The position numbers and the translations under genes were made by a program. Below, piece by piece: positions 1-12,665 of a stretch of DNA of 64,000 nt (within the stretch, counting starts at the first letter, position 1; every line of letters starts with the position of its first letter). The DNA comes from Malacoraja senta. Its lineage: Eukaryota. The stretch lies in contig CM075996.1 in NCBI GenBank assembly GCA_038087875.1, positions 746,001-810,000 on the forward strand, in the 5' to 3' direction. The notes beneath the pieces were generated by a model, which was given only the letters and a program-made list of their open reading frames with translations, did not search any database and had not been told where the DNA came from.

Positions 1-773
1 TTTGGTAAGTTTTAATGAGGTCCCCTCCATCCTTCTAAACTCCATCAAGTACAGATGATATCTTGGCAAAATTCCTCTGCTCCCTTTGCATTGCATGCAT
101 ACTTTATAGTGACCTGTATTTACTATTTTAAATATAGAGATTATGTGATTTAAAATATTATGGGAATTGAGCGATATGGGGTTAGTGCAAGTAGATGTGG
201 CTGAGTTAAAAAAAGCAATAATTTTAATTGAATGGGGGAGCAGGCATATTGGGGGGGGGGGGGGTGGCTTATGATAGTTTTCCTCATTGAAAATCACAAA
301 GAGAAAATGAAAATTCCTGTTCAAATAATTATTGTTTTTGGATGTTTCTGGTGGAACAGAAAAAATGTGAATTGAAGTATTTTTGGCTATGTTTTGGAGA
401 CAAAAACAGAATTTCCCTTGTGTTGCATCATAACTACTTATCATGGTGGGGAGGTAAGGAGGGGGGGGGGGGTGAACTTCATATTCAGCTCTTAAATTAT
501 TTTAAAATTTGACAGATGTTTGGCCTCCAACTTTTAATATTGGGTGGAGAACCAGAAAGGAAAAAAATTCAAAGATTGCAAACTTGTTGTCAGGGATGAA
601 TGTACAACACCTGATAAAGCAGTCACTGAAGCATTGAAGATCGAATGTTGGAAGATCATACTCAATAATAAATTAATGGGCAGTGTTACTTTAGTGCTAG
701 TTTGAGATTTTTGCCAAATGCTAACAATTCCACGAGTTACCAAAACAGATGAATTTAAAGCTTTTATTTAAAG

Positions 774-1254
774 CAGGGGTCGGCAACCTAGGGCCCCCGG
801 GCTGAATGCAGCCCGTAACACGAAATCAACTGGCCCGCAGACGGATTTTTTCCCCGTAATCATCCGCCGAATGCCCCGAGGAGCGGCCGAACGCCCCGGG
901 CAGTGGCTGGGCGCCCCAAGCGCGGCCAAGCTCTGACTGTACCACAACCTGCGCAAAGCCAACGGCACGGCCGCGCACCTTCTGTGAACACGTTTAAAAA
1001 AGAACTGCAGATGCTGGAAAAATCGAAGGTAGACAAAAATGCTGGAGAAACTCAGCGGGTGAGACATGCAAGGATTGCATGAGGCTGCCTCACCCGCTGA
1101 GTTTCTCCAGCACTTTTGTCTACCTTTTGTGAACACGTGATTTGATGCCTGCCATCCGGGGCAGGATCCATGTGTACACGTGATAGATGTGGCCCGCCAT
1201 CCGTTCACAGACATGCGTCCCGACCTTTATGCAGAACAAGGTTGCCGACCAGGG
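774..1254 (+). mobile_element. Non-autonomous hAT (Charlie-like) MITE with an internal Penelope-derived hairpin insert
   Basis: TIRs caggggtcggcaacct ... aggttgccgaccaggg; 8-bp TSD atttaaag at 766-773 and 1255-1262; insert ~994-1127 flanked by duplicated tgtgaacacgt. Confidence 0.85.
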
Positions 1255-1659
1255 ATTTAAAGCATCATGTATTTATGATGGTAAATGCTTAACACTTGAA
1301 AACCAATCTGCGAGCATATTTGACTGGCACTTGACATGAGATGCTTTGAATTTACTCAAATTAGGAAATAAAACACAATGATGCAATAGGAATAATTTTG
1401 ATGGAAAAACATAAGCTCAATTGTTACTTCACCTTATGATCTGATGCAAGTTGTTTCTTAAATGGTACTCAACACTTTTTGAATTACCAATAGTTATGTG
1501 AAAGATCAATTTTTGTACCAAACAAATGACTGCGGACCATGAATTTTCTTTTGACGCTTCTAATAATAATCGATTGATTGTGTGATAGACATTGAAGCTT
1601 ACGTTTTCTTGGTGAATTTTTAAACTCTCCATCATCGCCCGGTCTTTCATCATATAATT

Positions 1660-2030
1660 ATGCACTAAAAGGCGCTCTAATCATGTTACTCAGGAATTTT
1701 GACCCACCAATACTATGCAATGGCTCATGATTATTAGTTCACAAATTAGTACCTTACATAGTTCAAGTGATTTGTAATGGTTGTTAAAGCTATTGGGGAA
1801 AATGTCTTTGTCCCTCAGTTACCATTTATCCCTTCTGATTTAAAAAAAAAATTCATACAACTTCAGTTCTCTGTTGAAATTAGTTTTCCAACGGTGTTGG
1901 GACAATCATTCAATATGTATTTACCTCAATCTCGAAACATAGTGCTTTTTTCTTATGGTCAGTTAAATGTTGTTGGCTCCACACTAGATTTTTAAGCCAG
2001 ATTAAAAATAAATGGTGTGTTCTGAAGCAC
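1660..2030 (+). mobile_element. Decayed Helitron Pif1-family helicase C-terminal fragment
   Basis: Broken translation LRNFDPPILCNG..GENVFVPQLPFIPSD..QLQFSVEISF..GQSF..FSYGQLNV resembles Helitron RepHel motifs LRNLNPPKLCNGTR / FIPRIPLIPSD / QFPVRLAFA / QGQSL / FSHGQLYVA. Confidence 0.75.
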
Positions 2031-3630
2031 TTGGATATTGAAATCATCAGGCAAATTTACACGCAGTGCAGAATACATACCTATTCAAAGAGAACTGTAC
2101 TTGAGTTGACCTTCCAAGCATATTTGCTGAATGCTAAATGCAGAAAATGATTTGAGTCTCAGAGGTAATTATACATAAAAAATGCAATGTTGAATGTAAT
2201 TTTTGTATGCACGTTTTCAGTGTTTACATTTTTATTGGTAACTGAAATGACATAATTTTAACCCATTATTTATATTATTCATGGAATAATTACATATTAT
2301 AGTTAGATTTATTTTCAGTTACAAGGTGTGTTATTAATCCAGTCGCATGGAAATAAGTACAAACATCTTAATTGCCAACAAAATAAATGAATAAAACTAT
2401 GTAGTACTCAGCTTGTGGGCTAAATAGTGCTCTGCACAGTGCCATCATAGTCTGATATTCTGTGATTCAGCCAGAAAGGAAAACATCCCATAAGCCTTTT
2501 GACTAGCTCATTGGCGTTTCCTCTTTACTTTAGGATCTATGGACATATTCTTACAGCTATTAGTATCTGGTCTCCATGTTTGAAAATGTACTGCTGATTG
2601 AGGAGATGTACAATTGTGTGTAAGGAAGGAAGGAAGAAATGAGAACAAAATATTACCAAAATGTACTTTAAAGCCTCTTTACTCACCACCATTGTGTCTA
2701 TATAGCACATTTTCACTTTATGCCCAATTCAAAACTGAGGAGGAGAGTGTTAAGGACTGGCTTGTTTGCTTTGCTTTCATGAACTATTCAAAACTGATTA
2801 CCGCTGCTACTTAAATTATTTTCTGCATTTAGGATCCAGGAAATGTGCTGGGCAGTTATTTATCTTTGTGTTAATATGACTTCCACATTTGACATGAGTA
2901 AATATGGGAGTTATTTTACATATAGAAAGCTCTTGTCAACTGCTTTGAACTGCATAATCGATTAATCTTTTTCTGTTGGTTGAGGCAAGAATATGGTTTA
3001 CAAATCATATTAATTTTGTACTTCTCTTGCAATTGCATTGTGAGACTTTTAAACCTAAATCCAGAGTTAACACCACCTCTATAGCCGCATCTGTAGCCTG
3101 ATCTCAATATCAATTTAACACAATGGTAGACTGGAGTATTACTCTATGTGATAAATTCAAGTTGTGGAAAGGGCTTTGGGCAATATTCCTTATGAATGGG
3201 TGAGCTTTCCAAAGATAAACTGTAGCATTCATTTGCCTTTCTCTAGTGTATTATATAGGTTCTTAGAATTAAACAATAAATCACATTATGGTTCATCTTG
3301 GATCTGTAGGATAGCAATTCTGCCATCTTTTAGAATGCTTTCTTGCATTGGATGGTGACCTAGTTTTGTGAGGTTTTTGTTATTACCTTTTCCCCCTCTA
3401 TCACCTGCTCTAACTCTCATTTGCATTATCCCTTGTGTTTACATGTGTTTAAGTTGCTACGTCGAATCAATCCCTTTCTGTTTTCCTTTACCTCCCACTT
3501 TTATGATGACTTCCCTGAGTTATTGTGCCATGTCTTTTGAATTTTCCACCTTAGTGCTGATCTAACCTACGTACAGAATTTGATCTTGGTGATTTTACAG
3601 ATTGTCTACAATCTAATGTTATGTTTCTAG

Positions 3631-3699
3631 GAGATGGAGAAGATGACAGAGGAACTGCACATACTGACCAAGGAACAGAATGCGAACACGGAGATTCAG
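3631..3699 (+). CDS. TNRC6B: Upstream exon of host gene, probably TNRC6B (phase-0 reading EMEKMTEELHILTKEQNANTEIQ; may contain the start codon)
   Basis: Acceptor atgtttctag|, donor CAG|gtaaaa; 69 nt, purine-rich, open; ends in phase 0 and so joins 9982-10052 in frame. Confidence 0.55.
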
Positions 3700-5419
3700 G
3701 TAAAATATTGTTTTTTATGTTAGAGATGCACATGTGACTTTATAGGGGAGTAGAGTTCCAGTGGTTAGCTGGATTCTAGACTGGTTCTCGTCTTTCATGT
3801 TGAGAAGCCGGGTTAAAGATCATCTTGTATCTATTATACTCCCAGCCGTAACCATGGGAATGCCTGGTTTCAATTAAAGGTTTCAATTAAATTCAATAGG
3901 TTTCAATTAAATCACAACATGGTCGTTAATAAATATTGTTTCCCTGTTAATAATAATGCAAAATATACTCTCATTCAGTTGTTAGAAATAAGGTAAGATC
4001 TGCAATATCTTTCTAATGGTGTTGAAGGACAGTCTGGCTTTGGAAATGAGTAGCTTACAGTTCATAGGTTACCTGTATTGTGCTATGCATTGTTGTTACT
4101 TATGACCCACTGGCAAAGTAAAATGTCTCAGATTTGCAAAGGTGGGTTGGCCTTTAAGCTTAAAGTTCAGATGATGTATTGAGGCTAACAGTCACAAAGA
4201 CCACCTTTGGGGGGAAAAGGAGAAGCTCTTCACTTTAGGTGCTCATTAAAGCCAATATATATTGGACTTTACACAACAATGCATGGGTTGGAATGTTCCG
4301 AGTTTTGTGCGTTTAGCACACATTGTTTAAAGAAAGTATTTTCCAGTTTCTGTTGATCCAATTGTCATTTTGTGAGCACACTGCCCCCCCAAAAATTATC
4401 TCCTATTATTTTTACAAACATTGTAAAACTTCAGACAAATTATTCCTTCACTGTCTTTATTCCAGTGAGTAATCTAATCCCCAGAGTCTTGGTAAACGAG
4501 CAAAGTTTCACAGGGTAAGATGTTAATAAGATCAGATATTGAGGTCACCTTGGTTATCGCAAGCGTTCATTTTCTCACTGGACATGTAGGAACATGAAGC
4601 AGCCAAGAATCACCATCTGCTTTCTGTTTAACTATAATGTTCAGTGGGAAGAGTGTATGACAAGCAAGTACATAATAATATGACTAAAAGCATTGGAAAA
4701 GTGATTAGTAAAACTGGAACAAATTAGGCAGATGTGATTAGTTTGCCAACAAAATTTCTTAACAGAATCCAAATTAAAACAGAGATTTAAAATAGTAGCA
4801 AATGCTTAAAAATCCAAACTGATTGCAAGTGCTGGGGTAGCATAATAGCTAAACCTACATATGCTTAAATTATGTCATTATGTGAAGTGGGACTCTTTCT
4901 TCTTAATACTGAAATGAACACTCTCCAGCCAAAAGGGTAACCCTCCCTTTCATCTTGTCAGACATTGACTAGCCGGCACAGTTCAGAAATATTGTTCTTT
5001 CATGGAGGAAACAATTGCTTTCTAAATTAGTTATTATTTAATTAAGGTTACAATTGTTGTATTTATGGATGATTCTATGAGCTAATTTGGAACTGATGCT
5101 TTGTATATCAGCTGCGACATGTTAGTGCAACCACTTCCTGGTAGATAGTAATTGCAACACAAAAACCAAAACTGTCAGATTTCCCCAAGATTCACTTACT
5201 TTAGTGCTGACAGTGTCTACTCAAGACCACGCGTTACTAGCTTGTGGCTCTGCCACGGCAATGGTGCATAGAAATATGCATAGAAACCAATTTATTTGTC
5301 ATTGCATGATGTCCTGATTTGTAAAAATGGATGATATTTGTACGGAATTTTTAGATTGATAGAAAATCCTGTAACCTTCGTTGGCATTTTTATTGGTAAC
5401 TGGGTGTTCCGGTAATAGT

Positions 5420-5800
5420 GTGATTAGACAATAGGTGCAGGAGTAGGCCATTTGTCCCTTTGAGCCAGCACCGCCATTCAATGTGATCATGGTTGATCAT
5501 CCCCAATCAGTACCCCGTTCCTGCCTTCTCCCCATATCCCTGACTCCGCTATTTTTCAGAACCCTATCTAGCTCTCTCTTGAAAGCATCCAGAGAACCTG
5601 CCTCCACCGCCCTCTGAGGCAGAGAATTCCACAGACTCACCACTCTCTGTGAGAAAAAGTGTTTCCTCGTCTCCGTTCTAAATGGCTTACTCCTTATTCT
5701 TAAACTGTGGCCCCTGGTTCTGGACTCCCCCAACATCGGGAACATGTTTCCTGCCTCTAACGTGTCCAAGCCCTTAACAATCTGTTAAGGGCTTGGACAC
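5420..5800 (-). mobile_element. CR1-clade LINE 3' fragment (young)
   Basis: ORF 5497-5769: GESRTRGHSLRIR..RKHFFSQRVVSLWNSLP..FKRELD, the typical CR1 ORF2 C-terminus, plus 3' UTR. Confidence 0.9.
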
Positions 5801-6129
5801 TTTTATTCACTTTTATTGATTAAATCACTTTTATTGATTAAAATATTCAAACCAGGCTAAAGTTATGATCTGTCTTGCTTTATACCAATTTTTATTCACC
5901 ACTTTGGTTTAATTTAGTGGAGTTAATAAACATTTCTGAAGTTAATAAAGTGGGATGGAATGATCTGCTCTACCAAGAAAGGAGTTGGGTGACCCATTAC
6001 CCTTTTGTTTTGAATGTCAACACGATACTTGCTGAACAGCTACTCGGAGATTACGTGGATGAAGGAATATTTGAAGAGACATTTATCTCAGAAAGAGGTT
6101 GTTGGGTCCATCATGTGCATGCTTGTTGA

Positions 6130-7760
6130 AAAAGAGCACCTTCTGACAGAGGGCAGTAGGTCACAGCATTAATATAGTTCCATTTACTTTTTAAAAATGT
6201 GATGAGGGTTTTGTGGTTCTAATAGTGAATTTCTTTCACGCTTTCTGGTAGTGAGTTTCTTACCCCCACCACTCGCTGGATCAAAAGATCATCTCCCCTC
6301 TCGTCCATCCAACAAATACCTTCAATCTGTGTCCTCTGGCTTTAAACCCCTCTGTTCATGGGTCTCTTCTACTTAATCAACCTGGGTCCTTCATCTCAGA
6401 GGTTTTCCCTCAGCCTAACTTTTCAAGGAAAACAACCCTACTTATCCAATCTTTCCCAATAATAGTTAAAGATTTCCAGTCCTGTCAACTATAGGCTGCA
6501 AATTTAATGTGAGATGGGAAAGATTTAATAGGAACCTGAGGGGTAACTTTTTCCACCCGGAGGGCGGTACGTATATGTTACGAGCTACCAGAGGAAGTAG
6601 CTGAGACTGGCACTTTAACAACATTTAAAAGATATTTGTGCAGGTACATGGATAAGAAATGTTTGGAGGGATAGATAAAACACAGGCAAATGGGATTAGC
6701 TTAGATGGAGCATCTTGGTTGTCATGGACAATTTGGGACAAATTTTCTGTGTTGTGTGACTCTATGACAAACATCCTGCTAAACATTCTATGCACCATGT
6801 CCAGTGCAATCACATTTATCCTGTAATGTGGTAACCAAAGGCTTATGCAGTGCTCAAACTGCATGCAGTTCAAATGTAACCTTTCTGCTCCTGCTCTTTA
6901 CACATCAGCAAATAAAGGAAAGTGTCTCATTTTAGTCACATTATATTGATCTGCTCTACTACTTTCAAGGATGTGTAGTGAGATTGTCCACACCTTTTTT
7001 TGTATATCATTCCATGCTCATTGCAAATCCCTTAAAGCATAGCCGTGTGCTTCTCTGGATTAAATTCCATTTGCCACATTTCTGCCTAAGTAATCAAACC
7101 ATCTGTTTTCTTGCACTTTAATAGATTCTCTACAATGTAAACAATATGGCTACTTTTTGTTTAATCTGTAAACTTCTTTATCATGGTCCTTACATGACAC
7201 TAAACCATGAATACGTACTACAGAAAAGCAAGGGACTGAGTACTGAACCCTGTGGAAACTCACTGAAAACAGCCCGTCAAAAACATCTGTGAGCCATTAC
7301 TTATTGCTTCATGACATTGACCAATTTTGGATCCAATTTGCTGCTCTCCCATGGATTTAATATGTTTTCATTGACCAGTTTACCAAATAAAACCTTTCAA
7401 AAGCCTTTCTAATTCATGTACTGCCATCATTTACTTCCTATCTTTTTTAAAAAAGAAAAGCTCAAATCAAGTTGGTCAGACAAGTTTTTCTTAATAGGTC
7501 TAAGTGCACTATCCTTGATTAATTTGTGCCTTTTGAATGATGGTATCTCTCAGAATATTTATTTCAATAATTTGCTCGGCAACAAAGTCTCTTAAGTGCT
7601 CTGATTATTTCTTCCTTTATAAACATTGTCAATTCTTCAATTCTCTGCATTACTCTTCAGAGCCACGAGGATTAAAATATTATGGTCAGAGTCTCTGCAA
7701 TTTTTTCCGTCGCTGCTTTTAATAGCCTGGGATACTTGGCAACTGTTTTCTTTGTGTCAA
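6130..7760. mobile_element. Old minus-strand CR1 remnants with a plus-strand CR1 3' end (~6490-6765) nested inside
   Basis: aggaacctgaggggtaactttttcc..gagctaccagaggaagtag on +; degraded RT motifs on - (LEHC..W.PHYR, F.KAF). Confidence 0.6.
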
Positions 7761-7763
7761 CAG

Positions 7764-8660
7764 ATCTATTATTATTATTATTGTCACATGTACCAAGATA
7801 CAATTTTATTTGTTCCATTCAGGCAGATCATATGGTAGTAGAAAATAAAAGCAATGGGTATATAGTGCTACATCTGCAAAGAAGGTGCAGATGAGAAAAG
7901 TGCATGAACTGCAGCGTGGTTGGTTCGGAGATCAAGAATTCATCTTGGCTTGTGAGGGGACCATTTGAGAGTCTGATATGAATTGGGAAAGAAGCTATTC
8001 TTGAGATGAATCATTGAAAGAAGCTGTTCTTGACTGGTGCAATGTGCTTTCAAACTTCTGTATCTTGCCTTGAAGAGGGGAGAAGAGAGAATTACCGACC
8101 TGGATGGGAGTGGACCTTGATTAGGTAGGTTGCTTTCCCAAGGCAACGGGAATTGTAGGCAGTCAGTGGAGGGGAGGTTGGCCTACATGATGGACTAGCA
8201 ATGTTCATTCTTTTTGATCTCTTGCAGTCTTGGGCAGAGTAGTTGTCTGACCAAGTTATGATACATCTGGAGATAGGATGCTTTCTGTGGTGCATATGGC
8301 ATGTAAAAGTTTGTAAGTCATTGGGGACACGTTGAATTTTCTCAGCTTTCTGAGAGTAGAGGCATGGTGTGCATTCCTGACCGTAGTGTCAATGCGGTTG
8401 TACCAAGACAAATTATTTGTTATGTTTTCATCCAAGAACATGAAGCAGTCCATCCTCTCCGTCTCAGCACCATTGATGCAGACTGTGGCTATTCCACCCT
8501 GATTCCTGCAGTTCATGACCAGCTGCTCTGTTTTGCTGACATTGAGGGAGAGATTGTTGTCCTGAGGAGATATTCCTACAGTTCAGGAAGTTAAGGATCT
8601 AGTTGCAGAGGTGGGTGCTGAATCATTGGTCCCAGAGCTTGGAGGTGAGGTTGGTCATCT
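7764..8660 (-). mobile_element. Rex1/Babar-type LINE 3' fragment, degraded
   Basis: Minus-strand pieces NITNNLSW..LRKLRKF..CTTESIL..NSFFP; (tta)n tail near 7767-7782. Confidence 0.75.
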
Positions 8661-9571
8661 ATGATGAACCCCTTGAATCGTTTCTGGAATACTTCCCATT
8701 ACTATGTGATTAATTCACCCTCGAGCAGCTTTTTCTGGTCCACCTTTGCTGAAAATAGAAAATCAAAGAAATGCCAGCCACCAATGAACTCATAACTCCT
8801 CACTTAAAGCTAGTGGTAACGAAAGAATGTACTAGTTAAAGTTATAGATAAGTTAAAATGTTAACTGTAAAACTTAACTAAATTTTTGAAAGAGAGAAAC
8901 GTTTAACTCCCCACTCATAAAATTTGAGTTTTGGCTTCTACTGTAGCAGTATTACTTGTAATGTACGGACTTCAAATAAAGGAGCAAAAGCTCTGTTGTA
9001 CATATTTTGTACTTTCCTACAAAGTTACGGAACTGTGCATAGTTAGATAATTACTATTAAAGGCTAGTCAGCATTGTTATATAGGCGAATCTACCAGCCA
9101 CATGGTGCACAAAGGGAACAACATATGATGTTGTGGTAACTAGGTAGTTAATCTATTTTTTGTTGGCAAATGTTAACTACCAATTTTTAAACATAGTTGC
9201 TTGATGTGTGAAAGACTATAATGAAGGCATTGTGCAGTATGGACTCTGCTTGAGTGGGATTGAATACATCAGCATGAAGTGGTGGGCATGGGAAAGAGGA
9301 CAGCGTTTCTGGGAACAGAGGGCGCACCAGAGTGCAGGGGACTTAATTGAATAGGGTCAGGTATTTTTTATTTCCTCTGCTTTCCAAAAAGTAATAACAG
9401 ATACTAAATAAGTCACCTATGGGGATAATGGATCTAGCAACAAACCAAACCATAAAATTCATTTCTGTTGGAAAAGGTACAGAAAGGAATAGCAAGGCTA
9501 ATCCCTTGAGTAAAGGGAATGTCCTGTGAAGAAAATTAATAAAGTGTTTAGATCTGGAAGGAAGGTGATTC

Positions 9572-9871
9572 TTTCACTTTAGTCTTTATTGCTTTTATGC
9601 ATACACAAATAAAACACAAAAACACAACGAAACATACAACAATGCAGTGAAACGTACAATTAATGATGCAGTATACAGAACTATTTTCTTAATAAAACAT
9701 TTTCCAATAACTTACATTATTGTCAATACAATTATACAGTGTTGATGTCTTTATTTCTATACCTAATCCATTTTTCCCATTTTCTGTTAAACTCGTCTTC
9801 TTTCACTCAGAGAATATGACATTTTCTCCATCACAAATATTTCCTGTACTATGTTTCCTGTACCATGTACT
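9572..9871 (-). mobile_element. Short L1-clade 3' end
   Basis: Minus-strand ..QEIFVMEKMSYSL.. resembles the fish L1 ORF2 C-terminus; 10-bp direct repeat aaggtgattc at 9562-9571 and 9872-9881. Confidence 0.6.
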
Positions 9872-9981
9872 AAGGTGATTCGAGGGAGATTTCACAGAGA
9901 ATACAAAATACTAAATGTTATAGAGTTTGGTGAGGCTCTACTGCTTGTGACCTTCCTCAGTCCTTGCTTTTCCTGTTGCAG

Positions 9982-10052
9982 ACTGAACGTGAAGATTTTG
10001 CATCAGAAGAGCAGCGTGACACATCAGAATCTCCCAGAGAAGAGAGCAAGCA
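9982..10052 (+). CDS. TNRC6B: Upstream-isoform coding exon of TNRC6B (TEREDFASEEQRDTSESPREESK+CA)
   Basis: Strong acceptor ccttgcttttcctgttgcag| and donor CA|gtgagt; the peptide resembles the recalled human TNRC6B alternative N-terminus VEQEDFVMEGHGKTPPPGEESKQ; ends in phase 2, like the ATG-AG exon at 38794. Confidence 0.7.
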
Positions 10053-10329
10053 GTGAGTATTGAATAATATTTCAGGTTGTAGATGTAGTTGGTTTATGAT
10101 GCTTTGCTTGTCAAAGAGCTGTCATTGAAGTGAGGTTTTTCTTGTTGATGTGGTTTTATTCCCTCCGTTTTAGGGCTTGATGCTGCTCACAGAAATTGTT
10201 ATCATCAAATGTTTGGAGTTGTTTGCTTCTGACTATGAACTTGCTGAGATCTCAGCATGGGTGTATTGTTAAGATGCAATTGGAATAATATTGGAGGAGT
10301 GATTAAACCTATGTATCAGCTACAATTTA

Positions 10330-11020
10330 GTCTGGAGCTCTTTCCGACTCACAAAGTTTGTGTATGCAAGTCCCACCTGAGAGATAAAAATATAAGATGA
10401 TATACTTGCAATATTAATGAGATATTAAATTAAAAGTCTAGCATGATCAAGTGGTCATTAAGTTACTTTGGGATTATTTTGCAGAAGGGGAGTTACCTCA
10501 GCTATTCTACCTAAGAGTCACCCTACATTATCTAGCCATTGTTACATGCTATATGTAGGAACTTGCTATGTTCAGATTAGCTGCATGATTCCTCTGTCAC
10601 AACTGCATGGTTGTGGCAGGGTGGCGCAGCGGTAGAGTTACTGCCTTACAGTGTTTGCGGCGCCGGAGACCCGGGTTCAATCCTGATTACGGGTGCTGTC
10701 TGTACGGAGTCTGTACGTTCTCCCCGTGACCTGCGTGGGTTTTCTCTTTGATCTTCAGTTTCCTCCCACACGCCAAAGACGTGCAGGTTTGTAGGCTAAT
10801 TGGCTTGGTACACAGTAAGTGTAAATTGTCCCTAGTGTAGGGTAACGTTAATGTGTGGGGATCGCTGGTCGGCACGGACTCGGTGGGCTGAAGGGCCTGT
10901 TTCCGCGCTGTATCTCTAAACTAAACTAAACATTGATTACTATTCATAGGTATTTAATTGGCTGGAAAATGCTTTTGAACCACTCGGTCATGAACAAAGT
11001 GATATATGAATCTCAAATCC
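10330..11020 (+). mobile_element. Old DeuSINE (SacSINE1-like), split by an HE1 SINE
   Basis: Head ..caagtcccac.., Deu-like core (gaaggggagttac, aacttgctatg..attagctgc) and tail aattggctggaaaatgctttt resuming after 10930. Confidence 0.55.
10613..10931 (+). mobile_element. HE1-type tRNA-derived V-SINE, full length
   Basis: A box tggcgcagcgg, B box ggttcaatcc, V domain tgtacgttctccccgtgacctgcgtggg, CR1-like 3' end, (ctaaa)n tail. Confidence 0.9.
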
Positions 11021-11708
11021 TTCTGTCTCTCTTTCTGATAGCTGAGTATGCATGTGTATCTTGCAAACAGTGAAGAGAATTTTGAGTTACAATGATATCT
11101 TCTGCATTGCGTTTGTCAGTGCAGGGTGTTTTAACAAAGCCTTTGTCCCTCTGATGTCTTTGGTTCCAAGGTGTTTCAGTTCTTCAAATTGTCACCAACT
11201 TCATGCTGTTCAGAAATTATTTTTAATGGTCTGTATTATTTTTATAACTTTAATGCAACTTTATTATGCTGATTTTATAGAAATGATTTACAGTGAAATT
11301 CAGAGAATCTGCTGTCTGAATATTTGGAAATCTCCTTTGTTTAGTATCTGGCTCGCCTAGTCCTATTTCTTGCCCTCCCATTCAACTCACTAGGCCCCTG
11401 CGTCCCCTTCAGGTTTATTAGGTTGACAGGGAAATGTATTGTAATATTGTGTAACATCTTAATAAAATGAATACAAAAGTTTGCATTTAAGAATAAAATC
11501 CAATAGTCTGCTATTCTGAAAATAGTCTGACAATATGCTAGTCTGATACTACCAAAATGCTGAGTGTACCAGATTTTACCAGAATTTCTGTTCTGGGTGT
11601 TTATGATGCTTTGCTTTGTCAAAGAGCTGTCTTTCTGCATTTCCCAAAGCTTTTGCTGTTCCTGGACTGGTTGGTTTTTATAATTATAATAATTACAATT
11701 TTATAATG

Positions 11709-11997
11709 CCCAGAGATGGGGAATCGAGGACCAGAGGACATAGGTTTAAGGTGAAGGGGAAAAGAATGAATAGAAATCTGAGGGTTAACTTTTTCACACA
11801 AAAGGGTGCCAAAGGAGGTAGTTGAGGCTGGGACTATCCCAATGTTTAAGAAACAATTAGACAGGTACATGGATCGGACAAGTTTGGAGGGATATAGACC
11901 AAACGCAGGCAGGTGGGACTAGTGTAGCTGGGACATGTTGGTCGGTGTGGGCAAGTTGGGCCGAAGGACCTGTTTCCACACTATATCACATGATGAC
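11709..11997 (+). mobile_element. CR1 3' fragment
   Basis: GESRTRGHRFKVKG..RNLRVNFFTQ plus CR1 3' UTR. Confidence 0.85.
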
Positions 11998-12579
11998 AAG
12001 TATTTCAGTTCCTATTTTTTGTGCTATCCAATTGTAGTGTGATGGCAGAAAGCACTGTAAAATATGGTGCCTACAGTGCATATGGTCCACTGTACTTCAA
12101 TGTGTTAGCTGAAGTTTGAATTCCCCTGTTCATACCCATTACATTTTGTACTTGACATTTTCTGTGGATATTATCTCTTCCCAACTTCTATGAGAGGGTA
12201 CATTATATTTTGCACTTTAAAATGGGTGTCAATATCCAGGCTGAGCATTTTATCCTGTGTGAAAAGTAATTGCGGCGGATGATGGATGATATAAACTGGT
12301 TCAAAGCACTACTTGTTTTCCCCAATTCATTTTTTTTGTGTTGGAGTTGGACTACCTCCTACAAATATTCTTTTTGTAAGGCTCAGAAACTGTTATTTTT
12401 CTTTTTCTCTATAATTTAAGAACTCCCAATTCCAATTGTGTGTCACTAGTTGATTTCATTATCCCTGGACAGTGCCCATTTGCAGAGATGTCAGGAAAAC
12501 AAAAGTTGGGACAGTTGTCTCAGAATGTATGGGGACAGAGCCAGACTTCTGTCTGACTAACCTAAGGCCTTCTCAATTT

Positions 12580-12665
12580 CCCGAAGAAGGGAAACGTCAC
12601 CTGTTCCTTCTCTCCAGAGATGCTGCCTGTCCCGCTGAGTTGCTCCAGCTTTTTGTGTCTATCTT
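12580..12665 (+). mobile_element. Penelope-like terminal repeat fragment (ribozyme core partly deleted)
   Basis: gaaacgtcacctgttccttctctccagagatgctgcctgtcccgctgagttgctccagc, same family as 39987-40270; a similar decayed copy lies at ~13232-13350. Confidence 0.7.

Noticed and set aside
768..1214. 148-aa ORF, and the 159-aa ORF at 60965-61444
   Set aside because: Chance open frames across MITEs and L1 3' UTR
3865..3912. Three copies of ggtttcaattaaa (similar doublet at 52054-52089)
   Set aside because: Short slippage duplications with no spacer structure; not CRISPR-like
10613..10690. tRNA-like sequence with A and B boxes (also at 28308 and 54565)
   Set aside because: SINE heads continuing into a V domain and LINE-like tail, not tRNA genes
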